Below are positions 35,732 to 49,400 of a stretch of 64,000 nt of DNA, one piece after another (within the stretch, counting starts at the first letter, position 1; every line of letters begins with the position of its first letter). The DNA is from Selaginella moellendorffii (lineage: Eukaryota; Plantae; Lycopodiophyta), in assembly GCF_000143415.4 (NCBI RefSeq), contig NW_003314293.1:310001-374000 (forward strand). Reading direction: 5' to 3'. Under the pieces are notes generated by a model that searched no databases, had not been told where the DNA came from, and saw nothing but the letters and a program-made list of their open reading frames with translations. A program made the position numbers and the translations under genes.

Positions 35732-37903
35732 CATCGGGGAGTTAGTTCCTTATAGCCTAGTTAGCACCATCCTATTGCATATATCAATTGTACATTACAA
35801 CTAGTGGAGATAAACTACTCCACAATAGAGGAGTGTTTAGTAACAATTTAGGGTTTTGAGAAACTTCATACATACCTACATGGTTTTTAGACATTACTAA
35901 AAGGTGATCATGTTGCAATTAATTGAAGAGGGGTTGGTTGTATTACTTGGTGGGTTTTGAAACTTTAGATTTATTATTTTGATATTGTTCATCACCCGAG
36001 GAGTTTTATGGTTAATATTGATACTTTTTCTCAAGTTGCTCTTCCTTTTCACTCTCTTCTCATGTTTTTGATGAGCTTATGGTTCCAGAATTTGTAGATT
36101 TTTTAAATAAGGATTCTATGCCATCAGTGATTGCTGTATATGATGTTTAGTGTCCTCAAGATGTAAAGCAAGATTTACCTTCTCTTGACAAGGTTCAAGG
36201 GGCTCAAAAGATTAAGCTATAGATGGGTTTAAAAATCTTACATCATTTCTTGATGATTTGCCATTTCAGCATTTACATTCTTAATATTGCTTTGAGGATG
36301 GTCTTCTTTATTTTATGGGGATGGATCCTAATGGTTATTTATGACTGGTGGTGCTTTTGATCTTTATTCCATGCTTTTGCCATACCTACCATGATTTTTT
36401 TGTTCTAAGCAAATATATAGGATATCGTTATATGACTGAAAGGTTGCACAAGTCTTTTTATTAGCCAAAGATGCAATGTGATGTTATCTAGTATGTGTGT
36501 AGTTGCATTTGGTGCCAAAGGACAGTTGGAGTCAATTTCAGTTTTCTTATCCATTTGAGTTGGTGGCATTTGATTTGATGAGACTTTTTCCACAGTTAAC
36601 TACTGACAATAAATATGTCATGATTGCTTTTGATTATTTAACTCGCTAGGTGGAAATCAATGCTCTTGTTAGTGCATCTACAATTATTGTTGGATACTTC
36701 CTCCTCAATTGAGTGGTATTCTAGCAATCTTGTCCAGAGTAAATTTTTTTAGATAATGGTCTTGCATTTATAGCTGAGGCATTTCATGTTTTGATGTCTC
36801 AATTGGGGATACGCCACACTTTCACAAGTGCTTATCATCCACAGCCAGATGGTTTGGTGGAATGGCTTGTTTGGACATTCAAAAGGATAATTATGAAATA
36901 CGTGAACTTTTAGTCTTCAGATTATGATGGTTATTTGCCATTTATTTGATATGTGTATATCATAGGTGGGAAGTTTTATTAGTGCTCCACTATACAAAGT
37001 CTTATATTGTCATGATTTGATACTACCAATGGAGTTGAGTTTACCTTGGTAATTGTTAAGAGCTATTGATCTTAAGTTTTAGGATCAGTATTTTATGAGC
37101 ATTCTTCCACTTATCCAAGTAGAGTTTCTTGAACATTTGGGCCATATACAAGTGGGACAACAATGGTGCTACAATCCTATCATCATCCACTTGTGGAGTA
37201 CAAAGTAAATGACTTAGTGTTAGTCTATTTTCCCAAATTTATGATATATAGTTTATCTAAGGTATTCCTTGCTTAGTGGAAGAGACTGTATCAGATGTTG
37301 CGGCAAGTTGGACTACAAAATTATGAGGTTTGGCATGATATTTAATAGGCTAATCCTCTAAAAATTATGCATATTCAATGGTTAAAATGCCTTGTATAAA
37401 GGGATTAAGAATAATTGATACCACATATAGATTCACTGATGCCTCCTTTTGATGTTCCTCCACATCCTGGCTCATCCATAAGAGAATTGTAATTATCTTC
37501 CATCATTTCGAGAGAAGGGGATGATATGAGGTCTAAGTGTATCACTATAACGTCGTATATTAATATTAATATAGTAGGATTTTTATAGCTATCGGATTGG
37601 TTTAATCAAGATCACTCACTCTTGTATATAAGTTAGGGTTTTTGGGCTAATTGATATACATATTTTTGTATTTCATTTCTATATTCTAATTGATATACAC
37701 ATTTCTATATTCCATTTTCATATTCCATACACTCACAGAACTATTATAACAGGTATTTATAAATCATTATTCATGATGCTTAATTTTAGAAATAAAATTA
37801 ACTAAAATAAAACTTATATCTAAACCACTAACTTACATATTCACTAGAGATATCAAAATAAATTAAATTAAATTATAAAAACTTTTTATTAAAATTTAAC
37901 ATA

Positions 37904-40900
37904 CTAAGTATATAATTATGATGCCATATATTAATATTAGCATGGTGGGATTTTTATACCTGTTAAACTGGTTTCAATTCAAACCATTCACTCCTATATA
38001 TAAACTAGGATTTTTGGGCTAATTAATATGCATATTTTTATATTCCATTTCCATATTTTATACACTTACATTGATGGAGGTGAAAGACAACTTTGATTGT
38101 CTCTAGGAAGTGCTTAGTTTTGGGATTATGGTTTAAATATAACTTTTGCATTGTTAAATGTAACTTTTTTGTAACTTTTTTTATTTTATATTTCTTTTTC
38201 ATTCATTTTTATGGCAGAGCAATAGCCTCCTCCTCCTTTAACTCTAGAGTAATAATTGATGCAATTGCTTAATGTTATATGGTTGCAATTGAATAATCAA
38301 ACTCAGCTAATAATGGTATTTATAGCGTAATACAACTCCTCCTATTGTTTAATCACTTTATAGTGATTATTACCTATCATTCTTATGATGATGCTCAACA
38401 TTTATATAAGTTTCCCACATGTCTCTAAGAGACGGCATTATAGTGGTACAATAGTTTGACCCTAACTCTTGTGCTGATTGGAGCATTCTCCTATGCACAT
38501 TTGGACATGTTTATGATTATAATAATGTTTTCCAACAATTGCATCATCTTTGTCACAAGCTATTTGAGTCAGTGATATAATTTGGAATTTGCCTTTTGTT
38601 TTATGCGGAGTCAAATATGTTAGAGTGAATCAAGTTAGGAATGGTGTGGCCAATAGTTTGTTAAAAATCTTGTAGGACTTGTATATGCAGTTGCTCCAAC
38701 CACTTTTGACAATGCTTTTTAATTAATATAATATTATGAAATATCATCTCTTTCAATTATCGTTACACACCTTTTATCTCCACTTCTTGTGGGAAATAGT
38801 TCTATTCCAATGGAGGTTGATACTATTGTTGCTTATGTTCAAGAACAAGGGCGATAATATGGTTATGAGAAACTTGTAAATATTCTAAAATTCCCAACTC
38901 TGAAGTGTGTCAATAATATGCTATATTTTATAGGTAAGGTGTAATATCTCAATATTTTTGTTGATCATCTTTTTGATCATACCGCACTATTATAAGTATT
39001 ATTGAAGTGGTCAATATCATCTTTCATATAGTCTATAAAGGCAAAGAGTTGTTGATGACTCTTGTAGTTTTGGTGTATCCTGACTACATTTGATTTTTTA
39101 TTTTACATATAAATGTTTTTTATATTAGTTTTGGAAGTGTGTTGATGAAAAAGAGCTTAATTATGCTTAATCAATGCCATCCTATTGCATATATCAATTA
39201 TACTTTACAACTAACAGAGATGAACTACTCCACAATAAATAAAAAGTGTTTAGTAGCAATTTAGAGTTTCAAAAAGCTTTATGCATATTTGTATGGTCCT
39301 CAGACATTACTATAAAGTGATCATGTTGCAATTACCTTATTAATGAAGTGAAAGAACTTTGTTGGTTGTACTGCTCGATAAGCCTTGAAATTTCAAATAT
39401 AGAATTTTTAAATTGTTCATCATTTGGGGAATTTTATAGCTGATATTGATACTCTTTCTTGAACTCCTCCCTTCATTCTCTTCTCTTGTTCTTCACAAGC
39501 TTAATGTTTCAGTATTAGTGGATTTTCTGAATAAAGATTCCTTTATCAACAATTGTTGTATATAATGTTTAAGGTGTAGAGTAAGATTTACCTTCTCTTG
39601 ACAACATTCATGAAGCTCAAAAGGTTGAGCTGTGGATCTGAAAGTTTCATGAGAAGTTTGACAATCTTGCATACTTACTAATGAATTGTTATTTTGATAT
39701 TTACACTCTCAATATCACCTTATAGATAGCCTTCTTTATTTTATTGGGATTAATTTTGATGATCATTTATGGTTGGTGGTGCCTTCAATATTTATTTTAT
39801 GCTTTCTCTATGCTTATCATGACTCTCCTATTCAAGGCAGGCATATAGGACATTAGCGTATGACTAAAAAACTACATAAGTCTTTCTATTGGCCAAAAAA
39901 ATAACATTATATTATCTAGTATGTGTTGTGTTTAATGCCAAATTTATAATACTCCCCCTTATGTTGTAAAAGGATGGTTAGAGTCAATTGTAATTTCCTG
40001 TCTATAGTTGACTATTTGCAATGAGTATGTCATTATTGCCTTTGACTATTTGACTCATTGGGTGGAAATTAGTGCTCTTACTAATATGTTAGCAATTGTT
40101 GTTGAGTACTTCCTTCTCAATCAAGCAGTGTTCAAACATTCCTATTTAAAGTAAATTCTTTCGAATAATGATTTTGCATTTATGGCTGAAGCATTTTATG
40201 TTTTAATGTATCAATTGGGGATATGCTATACTTTCATGAGTATTTATCATCCATAGATAGATGACTTGATAAAATGACTTGTTCGAATCTTGAAAAGGAT
40301 GATTATAAAGTACGTGAAGTTTCAGCATTTAAATTAGGATGGTTATTTGCCATATTTTTAGTATACGTATGTCATAAGGAAGAGAGTTTTATTAGTGTTG
40401 CACTATATAAACTCCTATATGGTCATAATCCAATACTACTAATAAAGTTGAATTTATTTTCATGATTACCATGAGTTGTAAATACTAAGTTCTGGGATCA
40501 CTATTTAATAAATATTCTTCTACTTGTTTGAGTAGAGTCTATTGAACACTTAGGCTACATATAAATACAAAAACAAAGGCTCTACAACTCCTATCATGAT
40601 CTACTTATGAAGTATAAAATGAATGACTTGGTGTTAGTTTGTTTTTTCCATCTTTGGGTATGTGGTTTGTTTAAGGGGCTTCTTGCTAAATTATAAATAT
40701 GTAATTAAATGCTTTATCCAAAGAGATCATAAATAACTAACACCATTTACAGATTCACTAATGCCTCTTCTTGATGTTCCTCTAAATCCCATTCTTTCAG
40801 CTAAAAAACTTTAATTACCTTTCATCCTTCCAAAAGGAGGGGATGATATGAAGTCCAATTGTATAGTTATGATGCCATATATTAATATTAATAAGGTTGG

Positions 40901-41001
40901 ATTTTGAAATTGATTTCAATCTGGACCACTCAATCTTATATATAATGTAAGGGTTTTGGGCTAATTAATATGCACATTTCTCTATTCCATTTCCATTCAC
41001 A
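37904..41001 (+). mobile_element. Short-LTR Ty3/gypsy element, copy B (uninterrupted, about 3.1 kb, internally deleted); LTRs ~37904-38070 and 40847-41001
   Basis: LTRs and interior colinear with copy A; PPT AAAAGGAGGGG at 40832-40842; decayed RT, RNase H (NYSTI..KCL near 39225) and integrase (AFDYLTHWVEI near 40040). Confidence 0.88.
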
Positions 41002-41678
41002 TATTTAATATTAAGTTAAATTATTTAAGTCTTATATAAGAGAGATATCATATCTTTAATATCAAAAACTAAAGATATACAAAGTAAATATCTATATCAT
41101 GTATATATCTATATTACATTAGTTTTTAGTATTTTCTAATGTTTAAATAAGAAAATATTAAATTTTATTTTTTTGAAATAATTTATTTACAATTATATTT
41201 AAATTTTTGAATATACTGTACTACATTTGTTAGATATGTATTTGTATTGTTTTAAAAATACTTTATTTATTTAATTAGAAGTGTCCAAGTTCCCAATCTG
41301 GGGTAAAACTTGCTTTGTGACTATGTTAGAGCTTTGGCAGCATAAGTTAATGCAACCATTAGAGTTCCTAGAGAGCAACAATCGGTTCTTAACTTTGTGT
41401 AGTACATGTGCCAGCGGCCAAAGTCTGGGCAATCACAGTCCAGAGCGTCACATTGTACACATTCCCAGTGGCACTGAAGATGATGAAACTGCTCAAAGGC
41501 GCATGAGATCTCCACGAGGGATAGATAGATCTGCATTGATAGAGCCTCAGAGTCAAGTCTTGTTGCTTCTTGCCACCTGACCTGACTTGTTTGTGAAGAG
41601 GACCAGCCGTCTTTCTGGGATGCCGTGGAAGGAGATTGTGTCTGGGTCGCATTGAAAATATAATTTAAAATAACGACG

Positions 41679-41706
41679 GTTTAGGGTTTAGTGGGGTTTA
41701 GGGTTT
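41679..41706 (+). promoter_or_regulatory. Telo-box repeats upstream of the Der gene
   Basis: TTTAGGGTTTAG..TTTAGGGTTT lies directly before ATG 41710. Telo-boxes (AAACCCTA) are typical of plant translation and ribosome-biogenesis genes. Confidence 0.55.
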
Positions 41707-41709
41707 GGA

Positions 41710-44061
41710 ATGAGGAGAGCGATCAAACGGCGGTTAGAATGGATGGCGCACCGGGTGAGTCCTTCTTCCTCGTTCTTCCTTCAAGCGCTAAATCTTCCCA
41801 CTTGGCTCTGCTAAGGCCCTTCTAGACAACCGTGTCAAGCTCCAAACCCAAGCCATTCACGGCGTTTACATCCGTCCAAGACCATCCCCAGCAGCTGGAA
41901 AGGTCGTTCTTCACGGCCAGCTTGGCCGCATTTCCTCGCTCCAGGGCAGTCCCGGCACTTAATCCTAAGTTCAAGAGTGTGGATGTTTCGAGCGGGAAGG
42001 AAGAATCCATGCCCGAGAAAAGAGAAGAGAGCGACGAAGATGGAGCGCCCTCCTTAACTTCTGGAGGACAGGATGAAGAAAAACTGGTCGACGATGAAGT
42101 TCCTCTGGCAAAGTCTGAGGAGGAAGAGATTCTCGAGGAAGGGATCTCGTTTGAGAAGATCGAGGAAGAGGCAAAGCGTGCTGTGGAGCCTATGCCGAGT
42201 GTGATCATCCTTGGAAGGCCAAATGTTGGTAAATCTTCGCTATACAACAGGTGAGATGCTTCATTTTTCTCTTGGTTTTGGATCCGTCGGAGGTTCTCAA
42301 AATTTTCCTTGGCAGGCTTGTACACAGAAAAGAAGCCATCGTGTATGATACTCCGGACAGCCATGTAACACGCGACATTCGCGAAGGCTCCGCAAAGCTC
42401 TCGGACTTGCGTTTCAAAGTTTTCGACTCGGCCGGGCTGGAAACCTCCGAAGAAGGCGAGACTGTTCTTGCGAGGACAACGGGATTAACAGCAACGTTTC
42501 TTCGAACTTGCCATGCCGCTCTCTTTCTGATCGATGGGAGGTGAAACTTTCCCTTTTCTTGTCCTCGCAGCAAAGCTTTAATATTTTTTCTGTTGTTTCT
42601 TTCAGGGCCGGTGTGAGCCCTCTGGACAAAGAGGCTGTCATGTGGTTTCGCAAACTCAACTTGAATCTCCCGGTTGTTTTGGTGGTGAACAAAGCTGAGA
42701 AAATCACAGGCGATCACCAGATAATGGCAAACATCGCGGAAAGCTATAGCCTCGGGCTTGGCGATCCTGTCCCGGTTTCAGCAGAAACTGGAGAAGGTTT
42801 GGCTGATTTGTTCCAACGTCTCCAGCCGATTTTGGATGCCGCAAAAGAAAAGCTCGTCGACGAAGAAGAAGGTGAGACGTTTCTTCTTCTCCTTGTTTTT
42901 CTAACTTGTGTTTATCGTTTTTGACAGAGGAAGAGAAGAGCTTAGGAGGCCAAAAGCCTCTGCGTCTTGCCATCGCTGGTCGAACAAACGTTGGGAAATC
43001 CACAGTGATAAACTCACTACTACGAAAAGAGCGAGTTCTCACGGGACCAGAGCCGGGGCTTACGAGAGACGCCATCACGATTGACTTTGAGTTTAACAAG
43101 AAGCCAGTGCGTCTGGTAAGCTAGCATCTTTCGTTTGTATAGAAATCCGTAACGTTCTTCTCTTCTCCAGGTTGATACTGCTGGATGGATTCAACGCTCC
43201 CAGCTGGAAGAAGGTCCCATGGCTCTCAGTGCTATGCTCGCTCGAAGAAGCTTAATGACTGCTCATGTGGTGGCAATAGTACTCGACGCGCAAGAGGTTT
43301 TTCCTTTGTTTCTTTTCTCTCTGTGTGTGTGTGTGTGTCTTTTTTTTTTACCTTCTCACTGTTCTGTAACTTTGGATTGTAGATCGCACAGTCAAAGATG
43401 ACACTTCGAAACTCCGAGGCAGCACTGGCACGATGGGTGACCGACGAAGGCCGCGCACTTATCATCGTCGTGAACAAGATGGACGTTCTCAAAGGTCAAA
43501 AGAATGCCGACCTGAGGAAGAAACTCATGGAGGCAGTTCCCAAAGAAATCCAGCTTACGCTTCCTCAGGTACTGGAGTGCTTCCTTAGGCTGCCATCTTT
43601 TTATGATGAGCATTCAACAGGTGCTTGGAGTTCCTATCATCTTTGTCTCAGCTCTCAAGGGGCGTGGAAGATCGACGATCATGAAGCTCGCGTTCGAGGC
43701 TTATGACAAGTGGTGTACGAGGGTGTCGACTCCGAGACTGAATCGTTGGCTTCACAAGGTTGGTTTTTCTTTTTTCTTTCCTTTTGTATGGCTTTGTTGG
43801 TGCGATCATGATTTGTTTCATCGCGATGTGTAGGTGCTTGCTCGACATCCCAAGAGAAAAGACGAGAAGAGAGCAAAGCCGAGGTACATAACGCAGGTGA
43901 AGGCCCGACCTCCAACCTTTGTATTGTTCGTGGCGGGATTTTACAGCCTCGAAGATCACGAGCTTCGATTCATTTCCAACGCCATTCGCGAGGACTTTAA
44001 CATGGGAGGAATCCCAGTTCGCGTTATCCAGCGAACCAAGAAAGAGCTAGAGGGTGTTTAA
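41710..44061 (+). CDS. engA: Der/EngA double-GTPase ribosome biogenesis factor, probably mitochondrial type; multi-exon
   Basis: Two GTPase domains: GRPNVGKS / DSAG / NKAE and GRTNVGKS / DTAG / NKMD, with VTRD and LTRDAI. C-terminal KH-like RYITQVKARPPTFVLF..F.MGGIPVR. Arg-rich N-terminus. Confidence 0.93.
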
Positions 44062-44307
44062 CTGTGTATTATTCAAATAAAGTAGAAATTTAACTTAAGG
44101 GAGCTTTCTCACCCACCTTTAAATTAGAACTTTTAAATTAAAAGATTTTAATTTAGTTTAAATTTTTTATGCTATTCGAACTTTAACTAATGATAAGTTA
44201 CCTTTAGTTTAAGAGGTCAATGATCATGAGATCCCCTACTTAGTGATTCGATTATAGTTAAAAACTCTACATTTGTTAGAGAAATTACGCACAAGATTAC
44301 AAGTAGA

Positions 44308-45408
44308 TCACGAGGCATGCACAAACGCTGTTGCTGCCACTCCTATGGAGCTCGCGCTCTTGCTTTGTTGAGCCACTGTGAACCAGAAAATCACGGCGGC
44401 CCGCGAGTATAACACGCGCACCTGTTGCAAGACGAGGCTCCCCACCGTTTTCACAGCGCAAGTCCCTCCCACTATCCGCGTCTCGATCACGGACAAGCCA
44501 TCGCTCTTGCCTGGGAGATGATGCGCTGCTAGGCCACCCGCAGTTGTGACGATCGGACACGAGAGGTACTCGAGAGGATGCTCCTCACACTCGAGGGCGC
44601 AGCGATCCACCGTCAGGCTGCCACGCCTGTGTAGCAAGCAGCTCCCCAGCTCGGCTTTGATGGTCAGGTTGGCGATCTTGCCGTTTGCCGAGAAAACCAA
44701 CGCGCTGCAAAGTGAGTGCTCGAGTTCGTTAGAAACAGGAAATCGAAGTTCTCGCTCGCAAAGGAGAAGAAGGAAATAAAAAAAAAACGACCTTTCGGAA
44801 CCACTGGGGGAGATTAGCACCGTTTCCTCTGGAGAAGAGCCTCCACCCATCTAAGAATCCAAATGCCAACAACAAAACGGGGTGCTCATACGTTGGAGAA
44901 AGAAGAAACTTGCAAAAATACCGACCAAGCACAGCGGCTTGTCAATGGCAACGTTTGCAACTGCGTGGACTTCTCCAGGCCCGATAAATATCGTGTCTCC
45001 GGGCCTGATGAGAAAGAGAGAAGAATCCATTAGAATCGCGAAAAGGATGAACTAGAAAACTCCCAGACCTGGCCGCATTGACGGCGTCTTGCAAAGTTGC
45101 AAACTCGCCCGACTGAATAAAAGAATTGTAACTAGAGTTAGCAGTGGCCGATTGAACCCTCAGCCACATCCGGGAGTCGGCGATCAATTTGTGCCACCGG
45201 GAGCACACGCTCGCGGCATTGAAGCGATCTACACGAGCAGGAGCTTGGCATTGACGAAATCCCGGCGTGGGAAGACAAAATCTTCACCTGGAAATGGCGC
45301 CAGGAATCCCAGAACTCGCACCAGGCAGCCGTCGTCAAGGAGATTGATCGATGGCCGCCGCGATTCCTGCCCTCGCCCTCGCCTAGCGCTCCTCGAGCAG
45401 GGCAGCAT
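44308..45408 (-). CDS. SKIP5: F-box protein SKIP5-like; multi-exon
   Basis: F-box INLLDDGCLVRVLGFL..VCSRW; TLQDAVNAAR; ANLTIKAELGSCLLHRRG.LTVDRC.LECEEHPLEYLSCPIVTTA; VRVLYSR..FWF. Confidence 0.88.
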
Positions 45409-45908
45409 CGCCAAAATCACCAAACCCTAAAGGATGTGACTCGTCGCCCGGAATCGATCCCCCTCCACCCGGTAAAATATTTGAAATAAAAAGTCTCGCG
45501 CGTACAAGACACGTGGCGGAACGCTAGTGGTGCTCAAGCGATCGCTCGCCGGCCATGCGGCTTGCCGCGTGCGTTACAAGGGTTAACCACGGGCAATGAT
45601 CCACGCACAGTGATAGCTTTGTTAGCAGAAGAGTCGCGCGCTAGGGTTTTGTGTGACGATGATCGCGACGGCGCTGGGGTCGTGAGGAGGATCGCGGCGT
45701 GGCTGGAGCGCAGATCTGCCCAGCTCCATGCGAAATTCGATCCATCGTCACTCCCTCGGATTTCTTCGGCGGCCGGAAGGTAATGGCTCCGATCCTTGGC
45801 TGGATTGTGGATTGGATCATCGATAACAGGGGGATTTCGGTGATTATCGCACAGATCTGCGAGGAGCGGTGATCAGAGAGAGGAATCTGTGAGGGATTTC
45901 CATCAGCT

Positions 45909-46226
45909 ATGAACCGGGAGCTTGCGAACGATCGTGGTATGCACTACTACCACGACGATTCTTACAGGAATTCCTCGGCGTCTCACTCGGCGCCCTCGTA
46001 CTCGAGCGGCTACAACAATCCGGAGGCTGGGTACCAGATCAAGGAGCACAAGAAGAGCTCCAGCAGCCGATCGTGGGATTTCCGCAACGATCCGGAGATG
46101 AAGAGGAAGAAGAGGGTCGCGTCTTACAAGGTTTTCACGGTGGAAGGCAAGGTGAAATCGTCGGTGAGGAATAGCTTCCGGTGGATCAAGAACAAGTACT
46201 TGGAGATGCGCTATGGATGGTTCTAA
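45909..46226 (+). CDS. DUF3511 family protein
   Basis: SWDFRNDPEMKRKKRVASYKVFTVEGKVKSSVRNSFRWIKNKY is the DUF3511 signature. A probable 5'UTR intron lies at about 45780-45854. Confidence 0.92.
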   Translation: MNRELANDRGMHYYHDDSYRNSSASHSAPSYSSGYNNPEAGYQIKEHKKSSSSRSWDFRNDPEMKRKKRVASYKVFTVEGKVKSSVRNSFRWIKNKYLEMRYGWF

Positions 46227-46459
46227 GGAAAGAAAAAAGATGGTTTTGCTGTGGAATTCTAAGGCAAAGGTCAAAAGTGTGATCTCTGGAATATCAAAGA
46301 ATATTAAATTCTAACATCGTTAACGGAATAAACTTTTTAAGTTGCTGTATATTTCGTTTGAGTGGAAGGCATATTCTGGGTAGAGGTTTTGTATTTGGAT
46401 TCGTTTGGCATATTCGTTGCTTATTTATACTCGCTTTGCGCACGCGAGGGAGGAGGGTT

Positions 46460-49400
46460 ATGGCGATTGGATGGCGCTCCGCCGTCGCGCTCGCGCTGCT
46501 ACTGGCGCTGGAGGTAGGGATTTCGATTGAGCTCGATCGATGCTCGCTTCTTAGGGTAGAATGGGGGGTTTTGTGTGGCTAGAGCTGATTTTCGTGCTGT
46601 GTCCAGGGTTTGGGGCAATTTCCAGCGGCTTTGGCAGAGATTGAGAGTGTAAATGATCGTCTAGAGACGAGATTGTAAGTCGGATTTGGATTGTAGAGCA
46701 GCAAAAGTTGATCTTTCTTCGCAGGACTAAGCATGCGAAAAATCACTGCGCAATGTATGATGTTTGTGGACAACGAGAGGATGGAAAGGCGTTGAACTGT
46801 CCGATTTCGGTGCCTGCGGTCACGGTAAGTTTGTGTTCTCGTTTTTGTTTCTTGATAAGTTTGATGGGATTGGTTGTTCTTTGCAGCCGAGTTCTTCGTT
46901 CTCTCACAAAGTCCAGAGCCTTTGCCCGACTATTACTGGAGATGTCTGTTGTACTGAGCAGCAGTTTGATATTCTCCGGAGCCAAGTTCAGCAGGTACGA
47001 TGCACAAACTTTGGAGTTGCTTTGCTGCTACTCTTAAGTCGCGACTTTGGCAGGCTGTTCCTTTTTTGACTGGATGCCCTGCGTGCTTGAGGAACTTTCT
47101 TAATCTTTTTTGTGAGCTCTCTTGCTCTCCCGACCAGAGCCTGTTTATTAACGTGACTTCTACGGTCCAGGTTCGTTTCGTTTCTATTTGTCTTTTGCCA
47201 ACGAACAGTTTGCAGCAAAACTCTACGACGTCTACTGTAGACGGCATTGAGTTTTTCCTTTCCGAGGAGTTTGGAGTAAATCTCTTTAACTCCTGCAAAG
47301 ATGTTCAATTTGGAGCTCTTAATACTCGAGCAATGGACTTTGTGGGTGGCGGAGCGAAAACATACAAAGGTATATTTTTTTTTCTCTCTTTGCATTTTTG
47401 GCTTGAGAACGGCTCTCTGTGTAGAGTGGCTTGCATTTATTGGCCGGCAGGCTGATTTATATGAACCTGGATCACCTTATTACATCAAGTTCCACACGTC
47501 AGCTAACGAGTCCTCGCCAATGTCACTCCTCAACACGAAAATGTTTCCATGCTGGGATGCGTCACTCTCTTGTTCGTGTGGCGACTGCCCGGGGGCCAAG
47601 GAATGTACAGAATCCTCTTTACCACCATCTCCTCAGAAGAACGCTTGTAGTGTCGAAATTGGCGGGACAAAGGTTCGCATCTTATCAGAAATTGTGCCCA
47701 TCAGTATCAAGCGTTTTTCTCTTTCCAGATTCTATGTATAGACCTGGGGCTTGGAATCTTATACCTTCTGTTATTAGTGGGAATTGTGGCTTGGCTATGG
47801 GTTACTACTCGTCGTTACGAAGAACCTTCTGACGGAGAGATTAGAGAGGAACTTTTGCAATCAGAAGAGACGAATGGGGTGGAAATTACCCCGGTTGAGG
47901 TGGTGCATTAATTCATGTTCTTCATCACCTCATGTTTTGTGTGTTGCAGGGACTGGAAAAGGACGAAACATCCACACCTGAATCTCATGAACCTGTTCTG
48001 GAAAAGTTTTTGTCGAGATGGTTCAGGTGCGAGCCTCGTGCTTTAATTTGTTTGTTGTCATAACCTTTTACGCTCGCCAGGTCGCAGGGAACGTGGATCG
48101 CTAGACACCCTGGTGTGGTTCTGCTTCTGTCGATACTCGTGACCATAATTCTGTGCATTGGGCTTGTCAAAATGAATGTTGAAACGAACCCTGAAAACGT
48201 AAGCATTTCAGTCATTTTTTTGGGTTTTTTTTTTCAAACTCACATATTTCGTGCAGCTCTGGGTTAGTCCCGGGAGCGCAGCAGCGACAGAGAAAAAGTT
48301 TTTTGATACGGAGCTTACTCCTTTCTATAGAATTGAACAGGTAAACGTGAGCATCGCCTCATGCCTAATCATGCTTTGCGTTTTTAGCTGATCTTGGCAA
48401 CCCTTCCGGATGAAAACGGAGTGTCTCCTCCTATTTTGACAGATGACAACCTTAAGCTTATGTTTGAAATCCAAAATAAGGTAAAAAATTATTAGATTTG
48501 TGCTCGCAGTAATTCATAAAAGCAGGTTGACGATTTGAGAGGAAACCTTTCTGGAAGAATGGTTTCTCTCCAAGATATTTGCATGAAACCTTTCGGAACA
48601 GTTTGTGCTACGCAAAGTGTTCTGCAGGTACGCAACTGTCTTCCCTGACTCTTAATAATTTGTGTTGCTGCTGCAGTATTATAAGATGGACCGCCAAAAA
48701 TTTGACGACGATGAGGGAGCGAGCCATGCGGCATTTTGCTTTGATGTAAACTTCTCCAAAAACTCGAGATGCTTCTGTTTCTCTAATATGCTTTTTTACT
48801 TGATTAATTTTTCTTTCAGCATTACTCGTCCTCGGAAAATTGTCTCAGTGCATACCAGTCGCCTGTGGATCCTAGTACAGCCGTTGGTGGTTTCGAAGGC
48901 ACAAATTATACTCAGGTATAAAAATAACTTCGAGAGTGTTAATGATTTTCTCTGAATACGTAGGCTACTGCGTTTGTTGTAACATATCCCGTCAACAATG
49001 CTGTGAGCAGCACCGAAGGTGCAAATGATGCTGCTATTGCCTGGGAGAAGGCTTTTGTGCGTTTGGCAAAGGTAAGGAACTTACCTCGATATATGTGTTC
49101 TATTCCATGAAATTCGCAGAAAGAGCTTCAGCAATTGGCAAGTTCACACAACTTGACTCTCGCATTTTCGTCTGAGAGCTCTGTACAGTCCGAGCTAGAG
49201 AGAGAAAGTTATGCGGATGTTGTAACGATTCTTGTAAGTGTTTCAATGATGGATTCATTTTCTTGAACAATGGCTTGCAGGTGAGCTATCTGGTTATGTT
49301 CTTGTATATATCCTTCACTTTGGGAGATTCATTACCAGAAGTTGCTCCGTTTTATGTCACGTCCAAGGTTGGTTTCGCGAAACTTTGACTCCAAATTAAC

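Larger units (their letters stand above)
27220..37737 (+). mobile_element. Short-LTR Ty3/gypsy element, copy A, with nested insertions; LTRs 27220-27363 and 37525-37737
   Basis: Paired LTRs (TATGAGGTC..TCACA); GAAC on both flanks; PPT AGAGAAGGGG at 37511-37520; decayed RNase H (NYSTIE, near 35813) and integrase (TSAYHPQPDGLVE, about 36824-36862). Colinear with copy B. Confidence 0.88.

Noticed and set aside
41679-41706. Interstitial telomere
   Set aside because: Only two or three units directly before an ATG; a telo-box is the simpler reading.
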